A stretch of 64,000 nt of DNA from a virus. Within the stretch, counting starts at the first letter, position 1, and each line of letters begins with the position of its first letter. A model generated the notes under the pieces. The model did not search any database and had not been told where the DNA came from. It saw only the letters and a program-made list of their open reading frames with translations. The DNA is taken from positions 1 to 64,000 of the IMG/VR virus record IMGVR_UViG_3300006790_000001. The stretch is one strand, 5' to 3'. Both the position numbers and the translations under genes were made by a program. Positions 10,701-18,092 of the stretch are shown here, piece after piece.

Positions 10701-10973
10701 TATTCGAATCCGTGCGAGGTGATCGAGCTTTGGGGCGCTGAGCCTGACGAAACGATTTCGTTGAATGGGGCGGCCGAAGTGTTTGAAGTTTCTTGCGGGA
10801 TCGGCACTCGGGACGCTCGGTTGAATGCTCGGTCTGAGCGGGGCCGGGTCTATCGGGCTAAGACTTTGACCGGCGGCAAGTACATCGCTGTGGTCGTTGC
10901 CCCGTCCGATGCCTTTGGCGGCTCGACGGGTTCTAGGGTCGAGCTGCTTGCTCATCAGCGGACCGGGTTGTGA
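7764..10973 (+). CDS. minor tail protein (distal tail / baseplate-like), Cys-rich
   Basis: 1069-aa ORF starting 2 nt after the tape measure stop. Gly/Thr/Ser/Cys-rich beta-type composition. Assignment by synteny. Confidence 0.6.
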   Translation: MTYNVGFLEVDGVRIVDGCRLKHYLTAAGPDRPHPSWNAPNDCPDHCCDEDAGVYATPSTVSNPAPWWDPYQPASADFFGVNIRSITRSGGYNTKTEEGNPLPAIREDTKQYLFIDAEIVSSSCEGTRFGEEWLNRLFANSCTATGGAEVTFRQHCDYVRPATQTLDDELHFYSAGGATIYANFVRDYDGTITDTNLGADLGLTVLTGSSEGDGSAWAIDGSQNLLFINPELAVATVTLPIAGLHTGNVTGLAWWGGVLYGITSTFELLRLNCTTGVTTVLAGPFTGVAADPWLGVNADGFYVPSATASTIATIDSSGETLAATDVFSASGTVTYGQSAPDGRFYALITGTGFAELINLAGGGLGGELVLDAAPNETLFAPWWRSDQLVTVPSETVYGKRVMSGVQLTQPIRIVPDEMFPDCCAGGRIEIVLESRLPRLHLPSRELWAVDLQSPTFTGVLPKLDPAPIPAAVEEVSAQLNRVDRNVKLFRDGTWCDVNPSFSTADNPCYRLVVTEWEDYTSPADTDEYGIVVYYDGLSRSPGIWSWEPVNAALELSCDKTVTISQVLVKNPTYTPEDSSCSDSERACAELWGFGVDDDGFLTNLPPLLTNSEICDENAYWLSSGWTQAAIDYGFDRYFNYLVCVGAQTDRDITITDTFLSTMKSDCAANGGVAGLIKMKVDGTGAVLFIASGNSGCTGTFCDPEADCQQYVIDAPGMNVAASQSGDNVFGGLCESSGTINSAGPNAIPAASALDLSSQPDICQQWVDVSTGTSGTPFVVELTNDSTPSDLGSFAVNPTWNVKSPTDLAFERTNGRFVANGVSICTINPELCNEIGNITLTEGPDTWTANSWGHDTFATFPPEGFIGFEDSAQTTADCDAIVSLTRIEGEPNCQICTGRLCSGGHPIEPYRERRSCWGAPLTGNGWAQTFTLEGGDLDLYDLEWSIETGSTSLDGTSIEVYPFVEPYGPGRLDSIWWYRQYSNPCEVIELWGAEPDETISLNGAAEVFEVSCGIGTRDARLNARSERGRVYRAKTLTGGKYIAVVVAPSDAFGGSTGSRVELLAHQRTGL

Positions 10974-10974
10974 T

Positions 10975-13566
10975 ATGCAGTTCCGCCGATACGGGCCGGG
11001 CGCTGCCACGATCGTGGCTTCAGTATTCAACACTGAGACACTTGAAGAGTTGCCGGTTCCGACCGCCGGGACTGCCGGTTACTGGAACCGTCAGTCTTCG
11101 CGTCCGAGTTCTGCGGGCGTCTATCTGGAGACGACGCAAGACCCTGCCCAGTGCGGTATTTATGAGAATGTTCGCCGGTTCAGGGACTGGTTGATCGTCA
11201 CCCGGTACGCCGAGGAGACGAGCGAGATCTGGGGTGGGCCGATCGTTGGCCGCCGGTTAAGTAATCAGGGGATCGGCCAGTTAATAGCTAAGGACCCGTC
11301 GGAGTTCTTGCGGTACCGGTGGGCTAGGTCTCGGTTGGTTGATTCGGTTTCGGTCAACTTGGCGTTGAAGATCTTTCAGGAAGCGGACCGGGTTGATGAC
11401 ATCCGGTTGAAGTTTGCGGCGTTTCCGAATTCGCAGGGGATCCGGCAGACCGATCTTGTGGTGAATGAGTACGACCAGCTGCAGACGGTTTTGATTTCTT
11501 TGGAGGACGTGATCCGGTGGACGGTGGTGAGCGATGTTGCCTACATCCATGGGCGCGGGCCTCTGCCGGATCTGGTTCCTCTTCAGTTGTCAGAAACGAA
11601 CTGGTCTGGGGAGGAGGTTGCCATTGTTGATGACTTGGCTCTGCCGAGTCAGGTTCGGGTGGTTGGGTTGAACGGCGTTTCGGTGGTCGAGCCGATTGCT
11701 GCTGTTCCGCCGCCGGGTCAGAAACTGATTCAGACTCAGGTCACTTATCCATCGTCTTCGGCGACGGCGTTAAGGGCTCATGCTCGCGAGTTGTTGGCCG
11801 AGGAAGGTTACGACTTGCACCGGATCGCTAGCGAGAACGTGTCGTTGGTGAACGGTGCGTTCGGAATCAATGACTTGATTCCGGGGCGTTCGGTTCTGGT
11901 GGATATTTCGGCGGGGTGCAGGACCATTATTGATCAGGTCGAAGAATTGGAATCTGTCAGTGGTCGTTGGGCTGACGGGTTGGAGCGGTTTATTGGGATC
12001 ACGACGAGACCGGCGACGTTTGAGTCGGTGGTGTCTCGGTTCTCGTTGAAGCCGCAGTTGTCTGGTTCTGTTTCTTTGACGGTTGCGGGTGTTGCGACGA
12101 TTGCCAGCAAGGTCACTATTTTTGGGGTTGAGTCGACAAGTTTGACGGCTTCTGACACGGGTGCGGTCTCGTCGTTGGCGACGATCAACGGGGTCGAATC
12201 GGTTAGCTTGACCGGGTCGGATGTGGGCGTTGTCAATCCCCCCGACGTTTATGTCGAAGAGAACTTCCAGGTCACAACTACCGGCGACTTGTCAACCAGC
12301 AACCTGATTCTTGACGAGGTAGGAAACGGGTGGACCGGTGGATCACCTACCTCGTTCAGCTACGGCGCGTCCAACGAAGGCGTCGAATCCACAGTCACTT
12401 CTCAACAGTCAGCGACAATCGAAACGAACGGTCGCGAGGACGTGCAAGTCGAATGCTCGATGACGCTGTATCGGGGCACCGCCGACGCTCGTTGGCAGGG
12501 TGTCCTTCTAAGAGGGACGAGCAGCGGCGGGTTCTCAGGAGTATCTGCCTACTTCGACGGCGGCGCTACCGACCCGAATCTGGTTCTTCGTGACGGCGGG
12601 TCGGGCGGGACTTTGCTGCACACCTGGGACTTGTCGGTGTTGATGACTACGCCGCCTGACGATGGCGACACCGTCACGCTGATCATGCGCTGCAGCGGCG
12701 ACGACGTCACGCTTTACTCGATGCAAGTCAACGGCGGAACCGTCGAGACAATCAACGACACCCACACCCTGACTGGTACACCTGCCACGGATCACGGTGC
12801 AGGGAGTGGAGCCGACTGGTACGGGATCGTTACAAACGATCGAGTTGCGTCTGCTGCCGAGCGGTTCTTGTATTTCAAAGTGTCAAAGATCGCCTCAGAA
12901 TCGTCTGTTGTCGTGATCGAGGAAGACTTCACCCTCACGACCACCGGCGACCTGTCGACGAACAATCTGGCGACCGACGAATTGGGCGGCGGCTGGGGAA
13001 CTGGCAACACCGCCTTCGACTACAACGCGTCCGGCGAAGGTGTCGAATGCATTACGGCAGTCGGCACGCAAGCGTTGGTTGAGACTGATGACCGCGAAGA
13101 CGTTCAAGTCGAATGCACAATGGTGCTGGACCGAGGGGCCGCTAGCGCCAATTGGCAGGGGATCAATGTCCGCAACACGTCGCACGGCAACGCAGCGACC
13201 GGCCTATCACTTATATTCAGCGGGTCTACTACCGACCCGAATCTGGTTCTTCGTGACGGCAACTGGGCGGGGACACTGTTGCACACCTGGGACCTGTCGG
13301 CATTGATGACCACCCCCCCGGATGACGGCGACACGGTAGAATTGATCGTGACTTGCGACGGCAATGTGATCACGCTTGTGTCCATAGCTGTCAACGGGGC
13401 CGCCCCAGAATCCATCAATGACGGGTACGTGCTGACTGGTGCTGCTGCTGCGACACACGGTGCCGGATCTCGGGCAGATCATTACGGAATCATCTCCAAT
13501 GATTCCTCCACTAGCAGCTCTGAGCGGTTCGAACATTTCAAAGTGTCCACTCTCCCGGTTTCGTAA
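10975..13566 (+). CDS. minor tail protein with a duplicated C-terminal ~215-aa lectin/jelly-roll-like domain
   Basis: ATG 10975 lies 2 nt after the upstream TGA; the track ORF 10897.. is the same frame. The two C-terminal domains (about 12250-12895 and 12916-13560) are clearly paralogous and share an identical 32-nt DNA stretch. Confidence 0.6.
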   Translation: MQFRRYGPGAATIVASVFNTETLEELPVPTAGTAGYWNRQSSRPSSAGVYLETTQDPAQCGIYENVRRFRDWLIVTRYAEETSEIWGGPIVGRRLSNQGIGQLIAKDPSEFLRYRWARSRLVDSVSVNLALKIFQEADRVDDIRLKFAAFPNSQGIRQTDLVVNEYDQLQTVLISLEDVIRWTVVSDVAYIHGRGPLPDLVPLQLSETNWSGEEVAIVDDLALPSQVRVVGLNGVSVVEPIAAVPPPGQKLIQTQVTYPSSSATALRAHARELLAEEGYDLHRIASENVSLVNGAFGINDLIPGRSVLVDISAGCRTIIDQVEELESVSGRWADGLERFIGITTRPATFESVVSRFSLKPQLSGSVSLTVAGVATIASKVTIFGVESTSLTASDTGAVSSLATINGVESVSLTGSDVGVVNPPDVYVEENFQVTTTGDLSTSNLILDEVGNGWTGGSPTSFSYGASNEGVESTVTSQQSATIETNGREDVQVECSMTLYRGTADARWQGVLLRGTSSGGFSGVSAYFDGGATDPNLVLRDGGSGGTLLHTWDLSVLMTTPPDDGDTVTLIMRCSGDDVTLYSMQVNGGTVETINDTHTLTGTPATDHGAGSGADWYGIVTNDRVASAAERFLYFKVSKIASESSVVVIEEDFTLTTTGDLSTNNLATDELGGGWGTGNTAFDYNASGEGVECITAVGTQALVETDDREDVQVECTMVLDRGAASANWQGINVRNTSHGNAATGLSLIFSGSTTDPNLVLRDGNWAGTLLHTWDLSALMTTPPDDGDTVELIVTCDGNVITLVSIAVNGAAPESINDGYVLTGAAAATHGAGSRADHYGIISNDSSTSSSERFEHFKVSTLPVS

Positions 13567-13575
13567 GGGTCAGGC

Positions 13576-13821
13576 ATGAGCGACTTGTTGAAGAACCTCA
13601 CCTCCCAATCTCGTCTTTGTATCGTCGGGCGGATCTTGGTGGCTCTTGATGAAGAGTCTCGCAAGGACTTTGAGCAGTTCGCTTCTGCGCGGAGAGCTGC
13701 GCCGCATAGCGGTCCACCTACTTACTCGCAGATGATCGAAGCCCTAAAGGCCATGACCGGAATGAGTTGCTCGACCAAGTCTCTCGGGGTCCATATCCAA
13801 CAGAATTGTTGTTGCTCATGA
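13576..13821 (+). CDS. hypothetical protein (81 aa)
   Basis: ORF whose stop overlaps the next ATG (ATGA at 13818-13821). The protein ends in the C-terminal sequence NCCCS. Confidence 0.45.
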   Translation: MSDLLKNLTSQSRLCIVGRILVALDEESRKDFEQFASARRAAPHSGPPTYSQMIEALKAMTGMSCSTKSLGVHIQQNCCCS

Positions 13822-15047
13822 GCGCCCTCGGAGATCACTTAGCGGCATCGGGCGCTCAGGAAGCTGAGTTAGCGCCGTCTGGCGGTGTAGAGCAGACGGG
13901 TGACCGTCTAGTCGTAACGACGAGGCAACGCCAGGAGGAGCCGTCTGAGCGGGAGTGGCGTGCCCTCCTGGAAGAGTGGGGATACGAGTTCGACGAGTGG
14001 GTGCCCGACGTAGGCCAGACAGCGACGGTCAAAGGCTACGAGGTTGCCCACAAAGACGAAGACGGCGAAGCGGTCATCACGAAGCTGCGGTCTTGGCAGC
14101 TCCGACTTCGGAGGAGGGAACCGCACGAGGCGGACCCGATCGACGTCGACAAGCTGCGTGCTGCGATCGCCAAGAAGAAGCCACGCAAAGCAGCGGCGGC
14201 TGCGGTCACGGCGGCGGCGGTGATCGCCCTGTCCGACTGGCAGACAGGCAAAGGCGAGGGCGGCGGTTCCGCTGCCACGGTCGAGCGGGTACAGGACGCA
14301 GTGCTATCGAAGGCGGCGTGGGTCCGGTCGGTGAAACCGTCGACGGTCTGTCTCGCCACGCTCGGGGACCTAGCGGAGAACTGCACAGGCTTCTACGCTG
14401 ACCAGCTTTCCAGCATCGACCTGAACCGCCGCGAACAGATGCAGGTGAACACGTCGCTGTTGCTCTGGATCGTCGACCAGTTCATTCAGGTCCCGCGCAT
14501 CGTCATCACCGGCGTCCCGTCGAACCACGGCGAGAACCGGTCGTCGAAAGGCAAAGCGATCACGGACCCCTTCAGGGACAACCTCGACCTCGAACTGATG
14601 GACAGGGTGGGTCAGGTTCTGGCTGGCAACCCTGACCGCTACGGGCACGTCGAGCTGATCGTCCCGAACCAGGAGTTCCCGGAGGTGTGTACCGTCGAGC
14701 TTGACGGTGCGTGGCTTGCGACCCATCACGGCCACTTCCGCGGTCCCGGCTCGCGTGCTATCAGGGCGGGATCGAAGCGGATGGACACGGCGCTGAACTG
14801 GTTGGCGTTCAACTTCTTGAACAAGCGCGGCGCTGCTGGCGCTGACATGCTTCTGTTCGGGCATGGGCATCACTTGATCGTGAGCGAGGAGAGCAACGTC
14901 CCGGCGATGCAGGTACCGGCGATGGATGGCGGCAGCGAGTGGTTCTCGGCCAACACTGGGATCGAGTCGCCGCCTGGGATGGTCAGCTTCCTGTTCGGCG
15001 ACTCGCTAAGGCCGGAACGGGTGTACCGGGAAATTAGGATTGATTGA
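13818..15047 (+). CDS. calcineurin-like metallophosphoesterase
   Basis: Phosphoesterase motifs appear in order: GDLAEN (GDxxxN-like), GVPSNHGE (GNHE), HHGH, and LLFGHGHH (GHxH). Start was moved to ATG 13818, which is coupled to the upstream stop. Confidence 0.7.
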   Translation: MSALGDHLAASGAQEAELAPSGGVEQTGDRLVVTTRQRQEEPSEREWRALLEEWGYEFDEWVPDVGQTATVKGYEVAHKDEDGEAVITKLRSWQLRLRRREPHEADPIDVDKLRAAIAKKKPRKAAAAAVTAAAVIALSDWQTGKGEGGGSAATVERVQDAVLSKAAWVRSVKPSTVCLATLGDLAENCTGFYADQLSSIDLNRREQMQVNTSLLLWIVDQFIQVPRIVITGVPSNHGENRSSKGKAITDPFRDNLDLELMDRVGQVLAGNPDRYGHVELIVPNQEFPEVCTVELDGAWLATHHGHFRGPGSRAIRAGSKRMDTALNWLAFNFLNKRGAAGADMLLFGHGHHLIVSEESNVPAMQVPAMDGGSEWFSANTGIESPPGMVSFLFGDSLRPERVYREIRID

Positions 15048-15238
15048 TGGCTATCAGCAAGGCCATGGAGATGGCGATATTGCAGGACGAGCTGCGAGAC
15101 AAATTGCAGTCGTCGACTGATCTGGAGAACCCGATTACTATTGGGTCGGTCGAGATCAGAACCGGACAGAATGGTGCAGTCGAAGCTTGGCTGGTGAATC
15201 GTCAGACAGGTAACGCGATGAAACTAGGTGAAGCATGA
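15044..15238 (+). CDS. hypothetical protein (64 aa)
   Basis: ORF coupled at both ends (ATGA overlaps at 15044-15047 and 15235-15238). Confidence 0.45.
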   Translation: MMAISKAMEMAILQDELRDKLQSSTDLENPITIGSVEIRTGQNGAVEAWLVNRQTGNAMKLGEA

Positions 15239-16179
15239 GTACAAGCTGTTCCGTTTGCGGAGGATTCTCATGTGTTTGCCCACCGTCTGCTGGTTGGACA
15301 CCCCCTACTTATACGGGTCGGGGATTCGTCGTTGACAGTGATGGGACGCTGAACGTCGACCGGACCTTCGCCGCTTGTGTGGAAGACACCAATGGCGACC
15401 GGTTCACGATGATCTATGACCCAGCCACCGACTCGGCTGAGTACGAGCCGCTGGACACTACGGCCTTGACCCCTGTGGGTACTTTGATTTCGTGCGCCGG
15501 GTTCCATAACTTCGGTTGCGTCGATGATGGCGTGCAGCAGTGGCTGATCATGCCGAGTGCTGACGGGTTGAGCACTGTGTTCGTTGACCCGACGACTGGG
15601 GTGGCGGGGACTCCTGGGGCTTCGTACGCTCCATGTGGCGGGTATCCGTTGGCGTCGGATACGTCGGCGGGGATTGTTGAGTTGGCGACTGGAGCGGAGG
15701 TGGCGGCTGGGACCGACTCGACGCGTGCGGTCACGCCTGACTCTGCCAAGTCGATCGGTGCTGGCAACTTTGTTGATATTCAGAGGTTCAACCAGTCCGG
15801 TTTGGGGTTGACTCACACGACATTGATGGGCGCTTACGCCCAAGCGGGGGTCACTCAGACGTGGAACAGGCCGACGGGTTGGAACACTTACGATCTCCAC
15901 GTCCTTAGCGGCCAAGCCGAAGTGAATATCACGCTTGCCGATCAGTTCTACGTGGGTGTGAGAATTAATAGCGACACGACTTCTTACGGTTTGAATGACA
16001 ATTGGCGAGGGTCTTCTAGCTCCCAGACCATAGGGCTTATTCATACTCCTGTGTTGGGAGAGTCGGCAGCTACTTACAACTTTGACATGGAGTACAGGCT
16101 GTTAGCCATTGCTGGTACTAGCCCAACGTTTACGTTCTCTAGTTACGACTTCTTAGTACTTGCGATAAGGCAGTCGTGA
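15235..16179 (+). CDS. tail fiber-like protein
   Basis: Contains GIVELATGAEVAAGTDSTRAVTP (about 15670-15738), a motif I recognise from many phage tail fiber proteins. N-terminus is Cys-rich (CSVCGGFSCVC). Confidence 0.55.
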   Translation: MSTSCSVCGGFSCVCPPSAGWTPPTYTGRGFVVDSDGTLNVDRTFAACVEDTNGDRFTMIYDPATDSAEYEPLDTTALTPVGTLISCAGFHNFGCVDDGVQQWLIMPSADGLSTVFVDPTTGVAGTPGASYAPCGGYPLASDTSAGIVELATGAEVAAGTDSTRAVTPDSAKSIGAGNFVDIQRFNQSGLGLTHTTLMGAYAQAGVTQTWNRPTGWNTYDLHVLSGQAEVNITLADQFYVGVRINSDTTSYGLNDNWRGSSSSQTIGLIHTPVLGESAATYNFDMEYRLLAIAGTSPTFTFSSYDFLVLAIRQS

Positions 16180-16185
16180 TGCCTT

Positions 16186-16464
16186 ATGGATCCGTTTCTG
16201 TTAACTGCAGCAGCCACTGTTGTTTCTGCAGCTTTGTCGGCTTGGGGAGCGACTCGTAAATACGCGTTAAAGCGCGAACAAATGATTGATGAAAGATCTC
16301 ATATTCAGTTTGAACGGGCAGAAAGAGAGCGCGCAGAATTGAAAGACAGGATTCAAGAACTTTCTGAACGGGTAGAAGCGCTGGAGAAAGAACGCAATGA
16401 GATGGTTCAATGGATGGCTTGGAACCAGATCAGTTGGCCGCCACCAGAAGACTGGGGACTTTAG
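16186..16464 (+). CDS. membrane-anchored coiled-coil protein in the lysis cassette
   Basis: 92 aa. N-terminal hydrophobic helix (FLLTAAATVVSAALSAWGA) followed by a charged coiled-coil segment. Adjacent to the endolysin. Confidence 0.45.
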   Translation: MDPFLLTAAATVVSAALSAWGATRKYALKREQMIDERSHIQFERAERERAELKDRIQELSERVEALEKERNEMVQWMAWNQISWPPPEDWGL

Positions 16465-16466
16465 GA

Positions 16467-16748
16467 ATGATTATTATGGACACGTTTAAGCGATTGAGTT
16501 CACCTCGCTCTGATGACAGCGTCGCTGTTATTCGGACGGTCACGCCCCTGGTCTGGGCTGCTGTGATCGATCTCGTTCTCCGAGCGACCGGCGTTGACTT
16601 GTCGTCATTGAATGACGACCTGGAGCGCTACGTGGTGGTAGTTCTTGGCGTGGCGCTGTATCTGGTCGGCAAGTTCCGGCCCGGCTTGATCGAGCGGATC
16701 CTGTTGATGGTCAAGGTCGACGGCACCAGCTACGAACGGACACCATGA
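16467..16748 (+). CDS. membrane protein, holin candidate
   Basis: 93 aa from ATG 16467 (same frame as track ORF 16410..). At least two hydrophobic segments (VTPLVWAAVIDLVL, VVVVLGVALYLVG). Its stop overlaps the endolysin start. Confidence 0.45.
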   Translation: MIIMDTFKRLSSPRSDDSVAVIRTVTPLVWAAVIDLVLRATGVDLSSLNDDLERYVVVVLGVALYLVGKFRPGLIERILLMVKVDGTSYERTP

Positions 16749-17320
16749 TGATCGGCGTCGACCATTCTCGGGCCGAATGGGGGGCTGAGCCGCGACGCGG
16801 TTCTCCTAAGCGAATGGTCGACCCTCAGCATCTGGTCGTTCACCACACCGCCGGTAGCCGACCGAGCGGGGTGACCCAAGCGTTCGCGGTCATGCGAGAG
16901 GTGCAGCGGATGCACCAAGATGATCGGGGCTGGACAGACGCTGCCTACAATTTCTTTGTGTTGCCCGATGGCAGCATCGCTGAGGGTCGGGGGGTCGCCT
17001 ATCAGAACGGGGCGAATTCTCCGAAGAACCGGGACACGCTATCGGTTTGCTTGCTCGGGAACTTTCAGCGGGACAACTTCAACGATATGGAGAAGGCCGG
17101 GCTCGTCAAGTTGAGCAATGCGCTGAAGCTTCCGATGATTCCCCACTCGGAAGTGAGTTCAACCAGCTGCCCTGGTGACGAAGTTCGGAACTGGCTCTCT
17201 GCGGGGATTTCGGCTAAGCCGGTCGAGGCCGATCAGGCTGAACTGATTCGGTCGGCGAGCGAGCTTGTCGAGTTGGCCAGGGAAGCGTTGCACAAGTTGA
17301 TCGAGGCGCTTAAGAGCTGA
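16745..17320 (+). CDS. endolysin, N-acetylmuramoyl-L-alanine amidase (amidase_2 / PGRP fold)
   Basis: LVVHHTAG, W.DAAYNFFVLPDGSIAEGRG, and IPHSEVSSTSCPGD match the Zn-amidase_2/PGRP signature (H..., AYNF..dG...GRG, H....T.CPG). Confidence 0.85.
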   Translation: MMIGVDHSRAEWGAEPRRGSPKRMVDPQHLVVHHTAGSRPSGVTQAFAVMREVQRMHQDDRGWTDAAYNFFVLPDGSIAEGRGVAYQNGANSPKNRDTLSVCLLGNFQRDNFNDMEKAGLVKLSNALKLPMIPHSEVSSTSCPGDEVRNWLSAGISAKPVEADQAELIRSASELVELAREALHKLIEALKS

Positions 17321-17750
17321 GGCCGGGCAGGATGTCGTCGCCCGACCAGTCGGGGAGCGGGCCGGTCCAGAGTTGGAGCGCATCGTTCTGAACCCATTGG
17401 GCGTTCGCGTCGTAGAACACCAAGGACCTGTTGTCGCCGTCGGCCTGAGCGATGATTCTGCCGACCGGTTCGGTCGTTCCGACTTGGACGACCCAGTCAC
17501 CTGTCGCTAGGTCGAAGCCGTAGCTGTCGATGATCTGTTGACGTTCGGTTTCGGTCGCCGCTCCGAGAGCTTGGAGGAGCGCTGTCTCTTGGGCCGGGTC
17601 GAGGTCGATTCGGACGGTCCGGTTCAGTTCCGGGTGTTGGTCAGAGACCAACACCATCATGCAGTACATGTCGGTGAAGGTGTCGTTGTCGTTGGCGTCG
17701 GTGCTGCGGGTGAGGCGCAGCTCGTATCTGGTGTCGATCGGCACATGCAT
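17310..17750 (-). CDS. hypothetical protein (146 aa), divergent from the replication module
   Basis: One of only five minus-strand ORFs called here. Its 3' end overlaps the endolysin 3' end by 11 nt. Confidence 0.5.
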   Translation of the reverse strand: MHVPIDTRYELRLTRSTDANDNDTFTDMYCMMVLVSDQHPELNRTVRIDLDPAQETALLQALGAATETERQQIIDSYGFDLATGDWVVQVGTTEPVGRIIAQADGDNRSLVFYDANAQWVQNDALQLWTGPLPDWSGDDILPGLSS

Positions 17751-17758
17751 GAGGGGCA

Positions 17759-17784
17759 GGCTATCATTTGCACCAATGTGGGTC
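17759..17784 (+). promoter_or_regulatory. promoter-like element with a GCACC-N5-GGGT dyad, 5 nt upstream of ATG 17790
   Basis: GGCTATCATTTGCACCAATGTGGGTC has the same layout as the ECF-like promoters at 28.1-33.8 kb (GGAAT-N18-GTT), but with degenerate -35 (GGCTA) and -10 (GTC) elements. It lies in the 39-nt gap between divergent genes. Confidence 0.3.
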
Positions 17785-17789
17785 TACGG

Positions 17790-18092
17790 ATGAAGCTCAA
17801 CGACGTGTTGTTGGCGATCGGGATTAGTCACACGCAGCTTTATCGGATCCGGCACGCTAAGCGGTTGCCATCGTTCGGTGCGTTCGCTCGGTTGTGTGAG
17901 GTGTTGGAGATGGACAGCGCCGATGTTGTCGATCTCATGGTGGGGCTGATGTATCAGGACATGGAGCTGGTCGATGCTGTTCTGCGTAAATACATTCACA
18001 ACCTGAAGCCATTGAATACTGACGCCTTGAATCGCGGGTGGGAGAAAGAGTCCGGGAAGAATCGAGTGCAGAGGTGGGTCAATGTTGACTGA
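17790..18092 (+). CDS. helix-turn-helix DNA-binding protein
   Basis: 100 aa from ATG 17790. LNDVLLAIGISHTQLYRIRHAKRLPSFGAFARL reads as an XRE-like HTH. First gene of the rightward replication operon. Confidence 0.55.
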   Translation: MKLNDVLLAIGISHTQLYRIRHAKRLPSFGAFARLCEVLEMDSADVVDLMVGLMYQDMELVDAVLRKYIHNLKPLNTDALNRGWEKESGKNRVQRWVNVD

